A stretch of DNA of 64,000 nt from an uncultured Acidiferrobacteraceae bacterium (GTDB lineage: Bacteria; Pseudomonadota; Gammaproteobacteria; Arenicellales; UBA868): the NCBI GenBank assembly GCA_964630665.1, contig CAZVVN010000006.1, positions 1 through 64,000 on the forward strand, in the 5' to 3' direction. The notes beneath the pieces were generated by a model. That model was not told where the DNA came from. It was given only the letters and a program-made list of their open reading frames with translations, and made no database searches. This document shows positions 1 to 10,241 of the stretch, one piece after another. The position numbers and the translations under genes were made by a program. How positions within the stretch are numbered: the stretch's first letter is position 1; every line of letters starts with the position of its first letter.

Positions 1-796
1 CCAGGTGAGGGTCGGCTCAGTGTGATTCTCCTGGAGAAAACGTGGGTTTTGTTCCGCCAGAGGAAAGCTGACTGGTTCCGATCTCTGACGGTGCCACCAC
101 CATTTGAGCAACTCCGAACGGGACTTGTCGATGGCCGGATAGTGGTTGTTGCGAAAGGTCCCGTCTGGAAGGTGGTGCTTGGGCAACAAAGAGTGCGTGT
201 CGCTTCGCACCAATGGGGTCAGAACACCAGCAGTGCTTAAACAGGTCAACACAACGACGACCCATTGGCTAGCCGTACACCACCAAAGCCTCACGATTGA
301 TTGCAGCGGCCTGGTTGTCATCTGATCAGATTTTCGATGTGTTGCGATTGCTGTACCTCTGGGTGTTGCAGCTAGGTTTGCCTGGATCGCAGAGTGTGAC
401 CCAATGCTGTTTTCTTTGCTTTTAGCAAAAACTCATCCTGTTCTGAGAAACTGAGATCCTTTGTACTCGTCATCGTTGCTGGTTGTGATGCCCATCACAT
501 TCCCCAGCCCGTTTCCGGGCCCGAGGTGATGAGGGTCACAGATGTTCATCCCCCTGCTGTCCAAAATGGTGTCACTGGGACAGATCAGAAGATCTTTAAA
601 CACCTCGGAGCAGGAGAAGAACTGATGGAACTATTGCTCAACATCGTATTTTTTTACCGACTCTTTGAATTCATGCTGTGCACAACGATTCCGGGACACC
701 TGCGAAATCTGGCCAATCCGCCAATTTATCGCTACTTCGCCCAGATCCCATTGGGCTAGTGCCAGCGTGCCGCTTCGACAAGCGGCAACCGACCTT

Positions 797-1816
797 TTAC
801 CAACGGTACCCCAGTCGAATCTTATAGGTCTGATCCAGTTCTTCGATTCCCTCAGGGGCGCCGGAATCGAACTCAAGCTTGATCTCAGCCGCGACCTCGA
901 CTTTACGCAACAATGGTACTGAAAGACCAACCCGGGTATTGAGCACCAGATCTTCGGTCGCCTCCAGATTCCAGACACCCACCTGATTGAGGTAAAGACG
1001 GGTTTTCTTCCCCAGCATGTTGCTGGAAGCGTCGATGTTCCAGGTGCTACTGATGTATTTCTTTCCCTCTGACGCGACAATGAAATCTTCAGTGACATAA
1101 GCAAGACCCGGTTCGGTCATCAATGTGAACCGCGGCTTTCCGAACCACTGCCAACCATAATGGCCACCAACAAAGGTTCGCCGATCAAGATCGGCAAACT
1201 GATCTGATTCAAGGTACAGGGCTGCACCCCAGTACCTGGTGTCGGTCAGGAAATGGTCCGATTTCCCCATCAGGGTCCAGTTATCTGTATTCTTTTCTTT
1301 ACTGACGTTGTCCAACTCCCCCTCCCCTTTCAATATCCAGCGGGTTGATCCTTTGCGCCACTGGGTATCCAGCAGGCAGTCGAGTTCGTTCTTATCGGTA
1401 TTGCCGCTTTCAATGTCCCAGGAGAAACTGACAAATCCGGACCAATTGAACCCCTGCCCAAGCATCCAGGGCTCAGGGTTGAGGGACTTGATATCGCTGA
1501 CACTGTAGGTGGTGTGATCAACCCCCGCGGTGGTGACCACGAAGTTTCTGTGCGCTATCGAGATCGGCTGCGCCTTGAGGAGCCGGCCGTCCCGGAGCTG
1601 CAGGACAAGTGACTGACCGCTGTACAGGGACTCGATTTGATCTGCACTGATCATCAGGATGCCGGAGAACTCGGTCCTGATCTCGACCTGCCCTTTGCTC
1701 GCCCCGAGTACTGTGCCGAAGATCTGTGACCCGTCCGTCAGAAATATTCTGTCCAGGGTAGTGTCATCACCCTCGATGACAGATACCCACAACATGAAGA
1801 GCAGCCCCAGGATCAA
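797..1816 (-). CDS. Outer-membrane beta-barrel protein, DUF481/YdiY-like, with signal peptide and C-terminal aromatic residue
   Basis: 339-aa ORF with an N-terminal hydrophobic signal-like segment (MILGLLFMLWVSVIEG). It has an alternating hydrophilic/hydrophobic beta-strand pattern and ends ...YKIRLGYRW, a terminal aromatic typical of OMP barrels. The overlapping ORF at 631..1104 is in another frame and is rejected. Confidence 0.55.
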   Translation of the reverse strand: MILGLLFMLWVSVIEGDDTTLDRIFLTDGSQIFGTVLGASKGQVEIRTEFSGILMISADQIESLYSGQSLVLQLRDGRLLKAQPISIAHRNFVVTTAGVDHTTYSVSDIKSLNPEPWMLGQGFNWSGFVSFSWDIESGNTDKNELDCLLDTQWRKGSTRWILKGEGELDNVSKEKNTDNWTLMGKSDHFLTDTRYWGAALYLESDQFADLDRRTFVGGHYGWQWFGKPRFTLMTEPGLAYVTEDFIVASEGKKYISSTWNIDASSNMLGKKTRLYLNQVGVWNLEATEDLVLNTRVGLSVPLLRKVEVAAEIKLEFDSGAPEGIEELDQTYKIRLGYRW

Positions 1817-1989
1817 CCGAGATATTTTTTGTTCAGGAATAGTAGCTTGGCATCAGTTTCTCCACTCTAGATCGTCTGAAAGTCGGCTGAAGGGGTCTTC
1901 ACATGGGCCGGATTATAGGCAAAACCGTTGCCAGGCAGATCATGCACGCAGACTCAGCCAGTGAGCCTCGGGACGATTAGAATCGAAGA

Positions 1990-4900
1990 ATGTCAGCTGG
2001 CATTTTTCACCCCGCGGTCGAGCGCTGGTTCACCGATCAATTCGGTCGTCCCACCCCTGTCCAGATACAGGCCTGGCCAGCTATCCACGGCGGTGCACAT
2101 ACCCTGCTGGCCGCACCTACCGGCTCTGGCAAGACACTCGCTGCATTTCTCGCGGTGATCGACGACCTGGTCTGCGAGGGAGAGGTCTTCGGTCTGCCAG
2201 ACGAGACTCGAATCCTCTATATTTCACCGCTGAAAGCGCTGTCAAACGATATCCATCGAAACCTGGAAGCACCGCTTGCCGGGATCACCCGCGAGCTTGG
2301 CGCACTTACACCGCTGTCGATCCACTCGGCGGTCCGCACCGGGGATACGCCGAAAGCCGAGCGGGCCAAGATGCGCCGCCAGCCACCGCACATACTGGTC
2401 ACAACCCCCGAGACACTGTTCATTTTTCTCACCTCGGTGTCCGGCCGCCGTATGCTGGGATCGGTCCGCACGGTCATTGTCGATGAACTACATGCCGTGG
2501 CGGACAACAAGCGCGGTGCCCATCTGTCGCTGTCCCTTGAGCGTCTCGAGGCACTCTGCGCATCACCGCTACAGCGGATCGGTATTTCAGCCACCCAGAA
2601 ACCCATCGACAGCATGGCGGCGTTCCTGCTCGGTGACCGCGACAGTTCTGCCAACTGCAGGATCATCGACACCGGTTTTGTACGGGAGCGGGATCTGGCC
2701 ATCGAACTGCCACGCTCGCCGCTGCAACCGATCATGGCGACGGAAGTCTGGGGCGAGCTGTACGACCGCCTGGCAGACCTGGTCGCCGAACACCGCTCCA
2801 CGCTGATCTTTGTCAATACCCGTCGTATGGCCGAGCGTGTTGCCAAGCACCTTGCCGAGCGGATGGAGGACAGAGGACTCCCCGAGTCCGAAGTCACTGC
2901 CCACCACGGCAGCCTTGCCCGCGAACACCGGCTGGACGCCGAACAGCGGCTCAAGAACGGTCAGCTCAAGGCACTGGTAGCAACGGCATCATTGGAGCTC
3001 GGCATCGATATCGGTGATGTCGATCTCACCTGTCAGCTGGGCTCGCCGCGTGGAATCGCTACGTTTCTGCAGCGGGTCGGGCGTTCCGGGCACGGCGTCG
3101 ATGCCCTGCCAAAAGGCCGGCTCTTCCCGCTGTCACGAGATGAATTGATGGAGTGCACTGCGCTGCTCGATGCCGTACAGCGACAGGAACTCGACGCCAT
3201 CCAACTGGTACGGCCGGCCTGGGACGTGCTGGCCCAGCAGATCGTCGCTGAGATCTCCGCAGCTGAATGGGACACTGACGCGCTTTTCGAGATGCTCCGC
3301 CGTGCGTGGCCCTACCGTGAGATGCCCCGGCAGCGGTTTGACCAGGTCATACGGATGCTGGCAGACGGCTATACGACCCGCCGCGGCCGGCGAAGTGCCT
3401 ACCTGCATCTGGATGCCGTCAACGGCCGACTACGCGGCCGGCGGGGCGCGGGCCTGGTCGCGATGACCAACGGCGGTGCGATCCCTGACCAGTTCGACTA
3501 TGACGTCGTTCTGATGCCGGAGGACTGCCCGATCGGCACCCTCAACGAGGATTTTGCCTTCGAGAGCCTGCCGGGAGATATATTCCAGCTGGGCAACACC
3601 TCTTACCGAATCGCCCGGGTCGAGACCGGCAAAGTCTACGTCGAGGATGCCAAAGGCCAGCCGCCCAGCATTCCATTCTGGGTCGGTGAAGCGCCCGGCC
3701 GCAGCGACGAGCTTTCTTTTGCCGTCTCCCGGTTGCGAGAGCAGTTAAACCTGCACCTTGGAGTCGACAGCACCGGCATTCAAGCAGCCCGTACCTGGCT
3801 GCAGACTGAGATTGGCCTGTCGCCGCCAGCGGCTGAACAGCTTGCCGAATATGCCGGCCTGTCAAAAGCCGCCCTTGGCAACCTGCCCACCCAGTCAAAC
3901 ATCATCCTTGAGCGGTTCTTTGACGAGGTCGGCGACACCCACCTGGTCATCCATTCTCCATTCGGCTCGCGAGTGAACCGCGCCTGGGGACTTGCGATCA
4001 GAAAGAAGTTCTGCCGGAAATTCAATTTTGAACTTCAGGCAGCTGCCCTGGAGGACAGTGTCATCCTATCCCTGGGGCCCACCCACAGCTTCCCGCTGAT
4101 TGAGGTCGTAGGCTACCTGCGTCCCAAGAGTGTCAGGGACGTTCTGATCCAGGCTCTACTTGCCGCACCGATGTTTCCGATCCGCTTTCGCTGGGTTGCC
4201 ACGACCGCACTCGCTGTCAGGCGTAATCGAAACGGCAAGAAAACACCACCCCAGTTCCAGCGCAGCGATGCCGAGGATCTGCTGGCCGTGGTATTTCCCG
4301 ATCAGCTGGCCTGTGCCGAGAACATCGAGGGGAACCGCGAGATTCCGGACCACCCGCTGGTCGATCAAGTCCTCGCCGACTGCCTCCACGAAGTGATGGA
4401 TGTGGAGGGCCTTGAATCGATCATCGGCAAGCTGTGCAGCACGATATCCGGCCCGGACACCATACAGGTTACGACCTGTGAACTTGCCACTCCCTCACCC
4501 CTGGCCCAGGAGATCATCACGGCGAGGCCTTATGCTTTTTTGGACGACGCCCCGGCAGAGGAGCGTCGCACGCAGGCGATACGCAGCCGCTATCTGTTCG
4601 ACATAGAGGAAGCCGCAAAACTGGCCACCCTCGATCCCTTGGCGATCAAGACCGTGTGTAGCGAGGCGTGGCCCGATGCACGCACTGCCGATGAGCTTCA
4701 CGACGCCCTGGTTCTGGCCGGTTTCATCAGCCCCGACGAGACGGGGTCGGACCTGAGGCAATGGTCGTCGTTCTTTCTGGCACTCACAGCAGACCGGAGA
4801 GCCACCCAGCTGTCGCCCCCGGGAGGCGGGGTGCTGTGGGTCAGTGCCGAGCGGCTTGGGCAAGTGCTGCAGGTACTCGGTGATGACGTGCCAATGCAGC

Positions 4901-6447
4901 CGGAGATCGAACCGGTGCGGCTCGGTGACAATTCCAGCAGTGCCCAGACAACCACTCAAGAGGCACTGGTCGAGATCGTGCGCAGCCGGCTGGAAGCGCT
5001 GGGGCCGGTGACCGCACCAGCCCTGGCGGCACCGATGGGCCTTGCCCGTGGGGCCATCGACCAGGCGCTGCTCGCGCTGGAAACCGAGGGCTTCGCGATA
5101 CGCGGATTGTTCCGGACAGATTCGGCAGACAGTTGCGAAAAACGCTTTGGTACTCGAGAGGAATGGTGTGATCGTCGGCTGCTGGCTCGAATCGGCCGAT
5201 ACACGATCAAGACCCTTCGCAAGCAGGTTCAGCCGGTTACGGGTACAGCTTTCGTGCGTTTTCTCATTCACTGGCAAGGCCTCACAGGCGAGCGAACAGA
5301 AGGTCCCGAGGCTGTCCGCCAGGCGCTGCTGCGGCTGCAGGGCTTTGCTGCACCGGCGCTGGCCTGGGAATCGTCACTACTTCCTCACCGGGTTCCTGAC
5401 TACAACCCGGATCACCTGGATCAACTGCTACTGGCCGGGGAGTTCCTCTGGCTGCGGCCTCTGACCCCGGTTAAGAACGTCCGCCGCAACGGTCCGGTGA
5501 AAAACACGCCCATCATGTTCATCGAACGCAGTCAGATCAGTCACTGGCTGGTACGGGTCGCCCATACCGGCCTGCAGGCGGGTACGTTGTCGGGCTGGGC
5601 TTCGCTGTCTGCCCCGGCAACCCGGGTAAGGGATGCTCTGCTTTCCGGCGGCGCGTCGTTCTTCAGCGACCTCGTGGCCCGGACCGACCTGCTACGCAGC
5701 CAGGTCGAGGATGCCTTATCTGAGCTGGTGGCCTGGGGGATCGTTACCTCTGACAGTTTTTCCGGATTGCGGACCCTGACAACACCGTCGGCTAGAAGAC
5801 CAAGGTTCTCGCGGGCAGGCCGCAGGAGATCTGTCGCTATAGAAAGTAGCGGTCGCTGGTCGCTAGTTGAGCAGGTGTTGTTTCCCCGGGCCACGGAGAC
5901 AACACCGAACAACTCCAACGAGACCCGACTTTCCGATTCGGTGACAGGAATCGAACAGGCCGCGGTCGCACTGCTGGACCGTTACGGCATCGTTTTCCGC
6001 AGTCTGCTCGCCCGCGAGCACCGATCGCTACCACAGTGGCGCGAACTGGTACGCTGGTACAGGCGTATGGAAGCCCGAGGTGAGATTCGCGGCGGGCGCT
6101 TCGTCAGTGGTTTCAGTGGTGAGCAGTTCGCCTGGCCCGAAACCGTCGAACAAATCCGATACTACCGCGATTCAGCGCTCCACCCGGAACACAACAAACC
6201 GGTCATTGTGTCTGCTGCTGACCCACTCAATATTCAAGGCATCATCACGCCGGGTGAGAAAGTCCCGATGACAGAGGGCAACCGCCTGCTCTACCGGAAC
6301 GGAGTAAGTGTCGCCAATCTTATCGGTGGCCATTTTCAGTGGCTGGCGGAACCCGACGCTGGAACGGAATGGTCGGCTCGGAACCTGCTGATTCGCAATG
6401 ACCCGCAAGCAGTTCCACTGCCTGACCTGTCCTGCACTGGGTCGTGA
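1990..6447 (+). CDS. lhr: ATP-dependent helicase Lhr (large helicase-related, DEAD/DEAH superfamily 2)
   Basis: 1485 aa. The N-terminus carries the Q-motif/Walker A (PTPVQIQAWPAIHGGAHTLLAAPTGSGKTLAAF), a DEL-type motif II (VIVDELHAV) and the helicase C motifs (QRVGRSGH). The long C-terminal extension is typical of Lhr. A clean ATG at 1990 is preceded by an intergenic gap. Confidence 0.9.
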   Translation: MSAGIFHPAVERWFTDQFGRPTPVQIQAWPAIHGGAHTLLAAPTGSGKTLAAFLAVIDDLVCEGEVFGLPDETRILYISPLKALSNDIHRNLEAPLAGITRELGALTPLSIHSAVRTGDTPKAERAKMRRQPPHILVTTPETLFIFLTSVSGRRMLGSVRTVIVDELHAVADNKRGAHLSLSLERLEALCASPLQRIGISATQKPIDSMAAFLLGDRDSSANCRIIDTGFVRERDLAIELPRSPLQPIMATEVWGELYDRLADLVAEHRSTLIFVNTRRMAERVAKHLAERMEDRGLPESEVTAHHGSLAREHRLDAEQRLKNGQLKALVATASLELGIDIGDVDLTCQLGSPRGIATFLQRVGRSGHGVDALPKGRLFPLSRDELMECTALLDAVQRQELDAIQLVRPAWDVLAQQIVAEISAAEWDTDALFEMLRRAWPYREMPRQRFDQVIRMLADGYTTRRGRRSAYLHLDAVNGRLRGRRGAGLVAMTNGGAIPDQFDYDVVLMPEDCPIGTLNEDFAFESLPGDIFQLGNTSYRIARVETGKVYVEDAKGQPPSIPFWVGEAPGRSDELSFAVSRLREQLNLHLGVDSTGIQAARTWLQTEIGLSPPAAEQLAEYAGLSKAALGNLPTQSNIILERFFDEVGDTHLVIHSPFGSRVNRAWGLAIRKKFCRKFNFELQAAALEDSVILSLGPTHSFPLIEVVGYLRPKSVRDVLIQALLAAPMFPIRFRWVATTALAVRRNRNGKKTPPQFQRSDAEDLLAVVFPDQLACAENIEGNREIPDHPLVDQVLADCLHEVMDVEGLESIIGKLCSTISGPDTIQVTTCELATPSPLAQEIITARPYAFLDDAPAEERRTQAIRSRYLFDIEEAAKLATLDPLAIKTVCSEAWPDARTADELHDALVLAGFISPDETGSDLRQWSSFFLALTADRRATQLSPPGGGVLWVSAERLGQVLQVLGDDVPMQPEIEPVRLGDNSSSAQTTTQEALVEIVRSRLEALGPVTAPALAAPMGLARGAIDQALLALETEGFAIRGLFRTDSADSCEKRFGTREEWCDRRLLARIGRYTIKTLRKQVQPVTGTAFVRFLIHWQGLTGERTEGPEAVRQALLRLQGFAAPALAWESSLLPHRVPDYNPDHLDQLLLAGEFLWLRPLTPVKNVRRNGPVKNTPIMFIERSQISHWLVRVAHTGLQAGTLSGWASLSAPATRVRDALLSGGASFFSDLVARTDLLRSQVEDALSELVAWGIVTSDSFSGLRTLTTPSARRPRFSRAGRRRSVAIESSGRWSLVEQVLFPRATETTPNNSNETRLSDSVTGIEQAAVALLDRYGIVFRSLLAREHRSLPQWRELVRWYRRMEARGEIRGGRFVSGFSGEQFAWPETVEQIRYYRDSALHPEHNKPVIVSAADPLNIQGIITPGEKVPMTEGNRLLYRNGVSVANLIGGHFQWLAEPDAGTEWSARNLLIRNDPQAVPLPDLSCTGS

Positions 6448-6477
6448 TCTTAAAGCCCGGTACCAACCGAACCTCGC

Positions 6478-7071
6478 CTAGGCCCCGAACCGGTACTCTG
6501 AATCGACCTGCCAGCGACGACCATCGTGACGCAAAAGCGCCATCCCTGTCACCTGGAAACACTCAGTGAATGACTTATCGCGAACCTCGGCCCAGAGTTT
6601 CCGAAACTGGCTACGCTTGAGATCACGGAATGCCACGCTCACGTGGGGACAAAATGGCCGGTCTACCGACAGATCACAACCGATCCCGAAAGTCACCTTC
6701 AGGCGCCTGGAAAGTATCGACTGCACAGTCATCAGCTCCGGCGTCTGTACGACGTCGATATAGACCACCCGAGGGGGGAATGCGCCAAATCCGGAAAGCG
6801 TCACATCAATCGCCGGGGTTTGTCCAGCACACACGGTCAAGACCGATTTCAACACCTTGTTCTCATCATCTCCCAGCTTGAAAGGCGATTGCAGCGTGAC
6901 GTGCGGTGGTAATCGCAATGCCGCCTGGCTGTCGAAGGTGTCACGTGCCCACACCTGGTAGCGCTCGACCTGGTGCGCGGCACTCGGCGGCAGCAACAGT
7001 GCGATGAAGTAAAGATCAGCCAGCACGGAAATCAAAGCATATTTTTCATTGCTTTTGCATGTCTGGATCAA
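6478..7071 (-). CDS. 2H phosphoesterase superfamily protein (LigT/2'-5' RNA ligase-like)
   Basis: 197 aa with two H-x-T/S-x motifs (HVTLQ and HVSVAF) spaced as in LigT-like 2H enzymes. The N-terminal LYFIALLLP resembles the LFFAL start of the family. The exact start is uncertain. Confidence 0.55.
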   Translation of the reverse strand: MIQTCKSNEKYALISVLADLYFIALLLPPSAAHQVERYQVWARDTFDSQAALRLPPHVTLQSPFKLGDDENKVLKSVLTVCAGQTPAIDVTLSGFGAFPPRVVYIDVVQTPELMTVQSILSRRLKVTFGIGCDLSVDRPFCPHVSVAFRDLKRSQFRKLWAEVRDKSFTECFQVTGMALLRHDGRRWQVDSEYRFGA

Positions 7072-7096
7072 ACGGATATCTGACCATGATTTGAGC

Positions 7097-7171
7097 GTTA
7101 CCCAATCTCAAGGTAAGTACCCGGTAACATTTAGCCATAGGGTATAGGTTCGGTCTAATATTACCCGTAAC
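7097..7171. promoter_or_regulatory. Divergent promoter region (2H phosphoesterase <-> aminotransferase) with repeated TTACCCG(G)TAAC-like palindromic motifs
   Basis: Within a relatively AT-rich 200-bp intergenic region there are three sites: gTTACCCaatc (7097-7103), gTACCCGGTAAC (7117-7128) and TTACCCGTAAC (7161-7171). The latter two are near-palindromes with TTAC..GTAA half-sites. Confidence 0.25.
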
Positions 7172-7271
7172 GATCATGCCACGGGTTCGACCATTGGTAG
7201 CGGTACAGTTCAGAAACCCGTCATCTGGGCGATTCAAAGACCCACAATCACAATTTTCGAGAGACAAAAAA

Positions 7272-8186
7272 ATGACCACAGGGTTCTATCATTTCCAGGA
7301 CGATGCCCGCAATGCAGGCATCCAGATCGATATCAATGGGCAGTTGTTTCACCGTAACCAGGCTATGATCTCCGTATTTGACTCAGGCTTCGTCCTGGGC
7401 GATGGAATCTGGGAGGGACTGCGTGTCTTCAATGGACGAGTGGCCTTCTTCGATGAACACATGGACCGACTCTTTGAAGGCGCCAAGGCACTCGACTTCG
7501 AACTGGGCCTGACCCGCGCTCAACTGTCCGAACGCATCGACCGGCTACTCGCCGCAAACGGGATGCACGACGGGGTCAGTATCCGCCTGATGGTCTCCCG
7601 CGGCGTCAAGTCCACACCGAACCAGGATCCCAGAGTCACCATCGGCGGTCCCACCATCGTCATCATTGCAGAATTCAAAGAACCCGATCCGGAGATGCTT
7701 GTCCGCGGGCTTCGGATCTTCACCGTTCACGTCCGGCGGGGTCATCCCGATGTACAGGATCCGAGACTGAATACCCATTCCAAACTAAATTGCATCACCG
7801 CCTGCATCCAGGCCACCAAAGCCGGGTTCGACGAGGCATTGATGCTGGACCCGCACGGCTTCGTTGCGACCTGCAACTCGACACACTTCTTTATTGTCCG
7901 CAGTGACGAAGTCTGGACGTCGACCGGAGACTATTGCCTGACAGGGATTACCCGCGCTAATGTCATCAATTTGTGTCGCAATAACGCTATCCCGGTGTTC
8001 GAGAAGAAATTCAGTCTGAGCCAGGTCTACGGTGCACAGGAAGCCTTCGTAACCGGCACCTTCGGCGGCCTGGTACCGGTCATTGAAGTCGACGGGAGGT
8101 CGATCGGTGAACGGCGGCACGGGCCGATGGTCAAACACCTGCAGGGCCTCTACAGCGAGCTCGTCAACAAAGATACACGGGCCTGA
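7272..8186 (+). CDS. Class IV PLP-dependent aminotransferase (branched-chain amino acid / D-amino acid aminotransferase family)
   Basis: The ORF track starts at 7176, but the conserved region begins at MTTGFYHF (ATG at 7272, preceded by a purine-rich stretch). Motifs IWEGLRVFNGRVAFFDEHMDRL and EAFVTGTFGGLVPVIEVDGR are typical of the fold type IV IlvE/DAAT family. Confidence 0.8.
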   Translation: MTTGFYHFQDDARNAGIQIDINGQLFHRNQAMISVFDSGFVLGDGIWEGLRVFNGRVAFFDEHMDRLFEGAKALDFELGLTRAQLSERIDRLLAANGMHDGVSIRLMVSRGVKSTPNQDPRVTIGGPTIVIIAEFKEPDPEMLVRGLRIFTVHVRRGHPDVQDPRLNTHSKLNCITACIQATKAGFDEALMLDPHGFVATCNSTHFFIVRSDEVWTSTGDYCLTGITRANVINLCRNNAIPVFEKKFSLSQVYGAQEAFVTGTFGGLVPVIEVDGRSIGERRHGPMVKHLQGLYSELVNKDTRA

Positions 8187-8323
8187 CTGCCCGCACCGCG
8201 AGTCACCGCAGGATCAATTGCGGCCAGCGGACGAACTCGCCAGTGACCTCACAGCGTGCCGTCCTGCCAATGAAGCGAACAGCTGATCAGATTTTAGTTC
8301 CCAGTCGCCGAAGCGCTTCGGAG

Positions 8324-10216
8324 TCAGCCGATGGACTCTCCTGCTGAGCGTGTCACCCACTTCTGGAAAACCGGGGTCTTGGGCGGCTGCAGCGTGGTGT
8401 CAGCCTGGCAGCGGGCTTTGAGTTCCTCGACTGTTCCGCCGAAATCAAACAGTTCGACGCTGCCCCGCTGGGCCGCCATCTTGCGTCTCAGATCCTTTGT
8501 GGCGGATTCATCGACCAAAAGCTCACCCGTCAGGACCACACCGTATCGCCGGGCACCGTCTGTCGTTACCAGCCCTCGCTGAGTGTCGAGGGCAACCTTG
8601 GCAGGCTCCCGCTCCAGCGGGTCGCCCCAACCGCCGCCTCCCCAGGTGTTGAAGTACAGGGTATCTCCAGCTGCGACCCTGACTCTGTCGCACTTGGAGT
8701 GCATCCACTCCGTCTTGCCGTCGGACCGGACCATCAGCTTATTGCTGCGCTGACCCGGCAGTCCGCCATTGACGCCCCAGGGATGTGTCAGCCAGCGGTC
8801 ATCATGGATGGAGATCTCGCCAGGTTCAAGGAATTGATAGCCCATCGAGAGGCCGTTTCCACCGCGATGCAGGCCGGGCCCGCCGCTGTCAGCAATAGTC
8901 TCGTATTTAACGATCCGCAGCGGGAAATAGGCCTCGAGAAATTCGTTCGGTACATTAGTAAATGCCGGCCACAATGAGTGGCCATCTGGGCCGTCCCCGG
9001 CTGGCCGGCCGGGTATCCCGCCGAACCCGATCTGATAAAGCTGATACCACTCGCCGTTTTGATCATAACCCGAGTACATGAAGTGCGGGCTGTCCGAGAA
9101 ACCCGCAGCGCAGAGCGCATCTGGAGATCCCTGCCCCAGCAGACCGCTCATGATGTCAAAGATCCGTCCAAGCATATGGGTGCGTGAACTCAACGCGGCC
9201 GGGCGTATGGGCTTGAGAATCGAGCCACGCGGGATCCGCACTTCGACCAGATCATAGAAACCATCGTTGAAAAGGATCTGGGGATCAAACAGATTGATAA
9301 AGAATGCACCCAGAAACATCTTGAACATCTCTTCGTTCAACAGGAAGTTGACCGAACTGATCGACTGAGGATCGGTTCCTTCAAAATCAAAGAACACCTT
9401 TTCACCCTCGCGCCACATCGCGCAGCTGACCTTGTAAGGGCCCATGCCCATCCCGTCATCATCGATGTAATCGACAAAGTGCTGCTTCGTCTCCGGTACC
9501 ACCATATTCAGTATCGAGCTCATCGCCCGCTTGTTGCGATCCAGCATTTCGACCATGGCGGCGACGAACTCCTCGACACCAAACCGTTCGGCCATCTCCA
9601 GCACGCGCCGCTCAGCCAGTCTCAGAGCCGCGACAATGGCATTGAAATCCGAGCGGTTCCAATCCGGTAACCGGCAGTTCCGCAGGATCAACTCGAGGAT
9701 TTCCTTATTGAGCTCGCCCTTGCGGATGATCTTGACCGGCGGAACCTGAATACCTTCTTCAAATACCTGGGCAGCATCGGTCGGCAGACTCCCTGGAACC
9801 TTGCCACCGATATCCGTCATGTGACCGAACATAGCGGCCCAGGAAACCAGCCGCCCGTCGATATAGATCGGCATCATCATGAGCCAGTCATTCAAATGAC
9901 TGATCGCGCCATTGCAGGTATAGGGATCATTGGTCAGAAAAACGTCACCTTCTTCGATCGTCCCGTCGTAACCCTGCTGGAAGCCCCAGAAAAAAGAGCC
10001 GAACTGTCCGACGACCATCTTGCCTTCGTGGTTGGCAATCATCGGGAAGGCATCGTGCTGTTCGCGGATCCCGGGAGACATGGCTGTTCTGAACAGAACT
10101 GCGTCCATTTCCGTCCTGGCATTACGCAGGGCGTTCTCGATAATGTCGAGCGTGACCGGGTCGACCGTTACATCCTGGAATGGTGTGGTGTTGCTCTGAA
10201 TGACTTGTGCAGGCAT
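8324..10216 (-). CDS. hyuB: Hydantoinase B / oxoprolinase family protein (HyuB-like), cluster 1
   Basis: 630 aa. The N-terminal DPVTLDIIENALRNARTEMDAVLFRTAMSPGIREQHDAFPMI is characteristic of Hydantoinase_B, as are GGGGWGDPLEREP near the C-terminus and FDFGG at the end. It lies immediately downstream of hyuA with a 25-bp gap. Confidence 0.85.
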   Translation of the reverse strand: MPAQVIQSNTTPFQDVTVDPVTLDIIENALRNARTEMDAVLFRTAMSPGIREQHDAFPMIANHEGKMVVGQFGSFFWGFQQGYDGTIEEGDVFLTNDPYTCNGAISHLNDWLMMMPIYIDGRLVSWAAMFGHMTDIGGKVPGSLPTDAAQVFEEGIQVPPVKIIRKGELNKEILELILRNCRLPDWNRSDFNAIVAALRLAERRVLEMAERFGVEEFVAAMVEMLDRNKRAMSSILNMVVPETKQHFVDYIDDDGMGMGPYKVSCAMWREGEKVFFDFEGTDPQSISSVNFLLNEEMFKMFLGAFFINLFDPQILFNDGFYDLVEVRIPRGSILKPIRPAALSSRTHMLGRIFDIMSGLLGQGSPDALCAAGFSDSPHFMYSGYDQNGEWYQLYQIGFGGIPGRPAGDGPDGHSLWPAFTNVPNEFLEAYFPLRIVKYETIADSGGPGLHRGGNGLSMGYQFLEPGEISIHDDRWLTHPWGVNGGLPGQRSNKLMVRSDGKTEWMHSKCDRVRVAAGDTLYFNTWGGGGWGDPLEREPAKVALDTQRGLVTTDGARRYGVVLTGELLVDESATKDLRRKMAAQRGSVELFDFGGTVEELKARCQADTTLQPPKTPVFQKWVTRSAGESIG

Positions 10217-10241
10217 CGGATTGCTCTCGAGATGGTGGCCT

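Noticed and set aside
1-265. Short ORFs at the window edge (22..240 plus, 17..265 minus). This may be the 3' end of an upstream gene running in from before position 1.
   Set aside because: There is no recognisable motif and the two strands are equally plausible. I cannot support a call.
631-1104. 157-aa minus-strand ORF overlapping the 3' end of the DUF481 OMP gene in another frame
   Set aside because: The DUF481 frame ends with the expected C-terminal aromatic residue. This overlapping frame has no support.
2217-5277. Numerous 60-260-aa ORFs on both strands inside the Lhr helicase gene
   Set aside because: All lie within or antisense to a 1485-aa CDS with unambiguous helicase motifs. They are GC-driven open frames.
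6448-6477. GGTACC/ACCGGT-containing sequence between the convergent Lhr and 2H-phosphoesterase genes, considered as a hairpin
   Set aside because: The repeats are self-palindromic hexamers, not an inverted repeat pair. No stable stem-loop forms.
7176-7271. ORF-track start of the aminotransferase at 7176
   Set aside because: The N-terminal 32 residues are unconserved and lie in the divergent promoter region. The ATG at 7272 with an upstream purine-rich stretch fits family starts.
8308-8321. Palindrome CCGAAGCGCTTCGG 3 nt after the cluster-1 hyuB stop, as a terminator
   Set aside because: The stem is short and there is no U-tract on either strand. I kept it only as a note, not as a called terminator.
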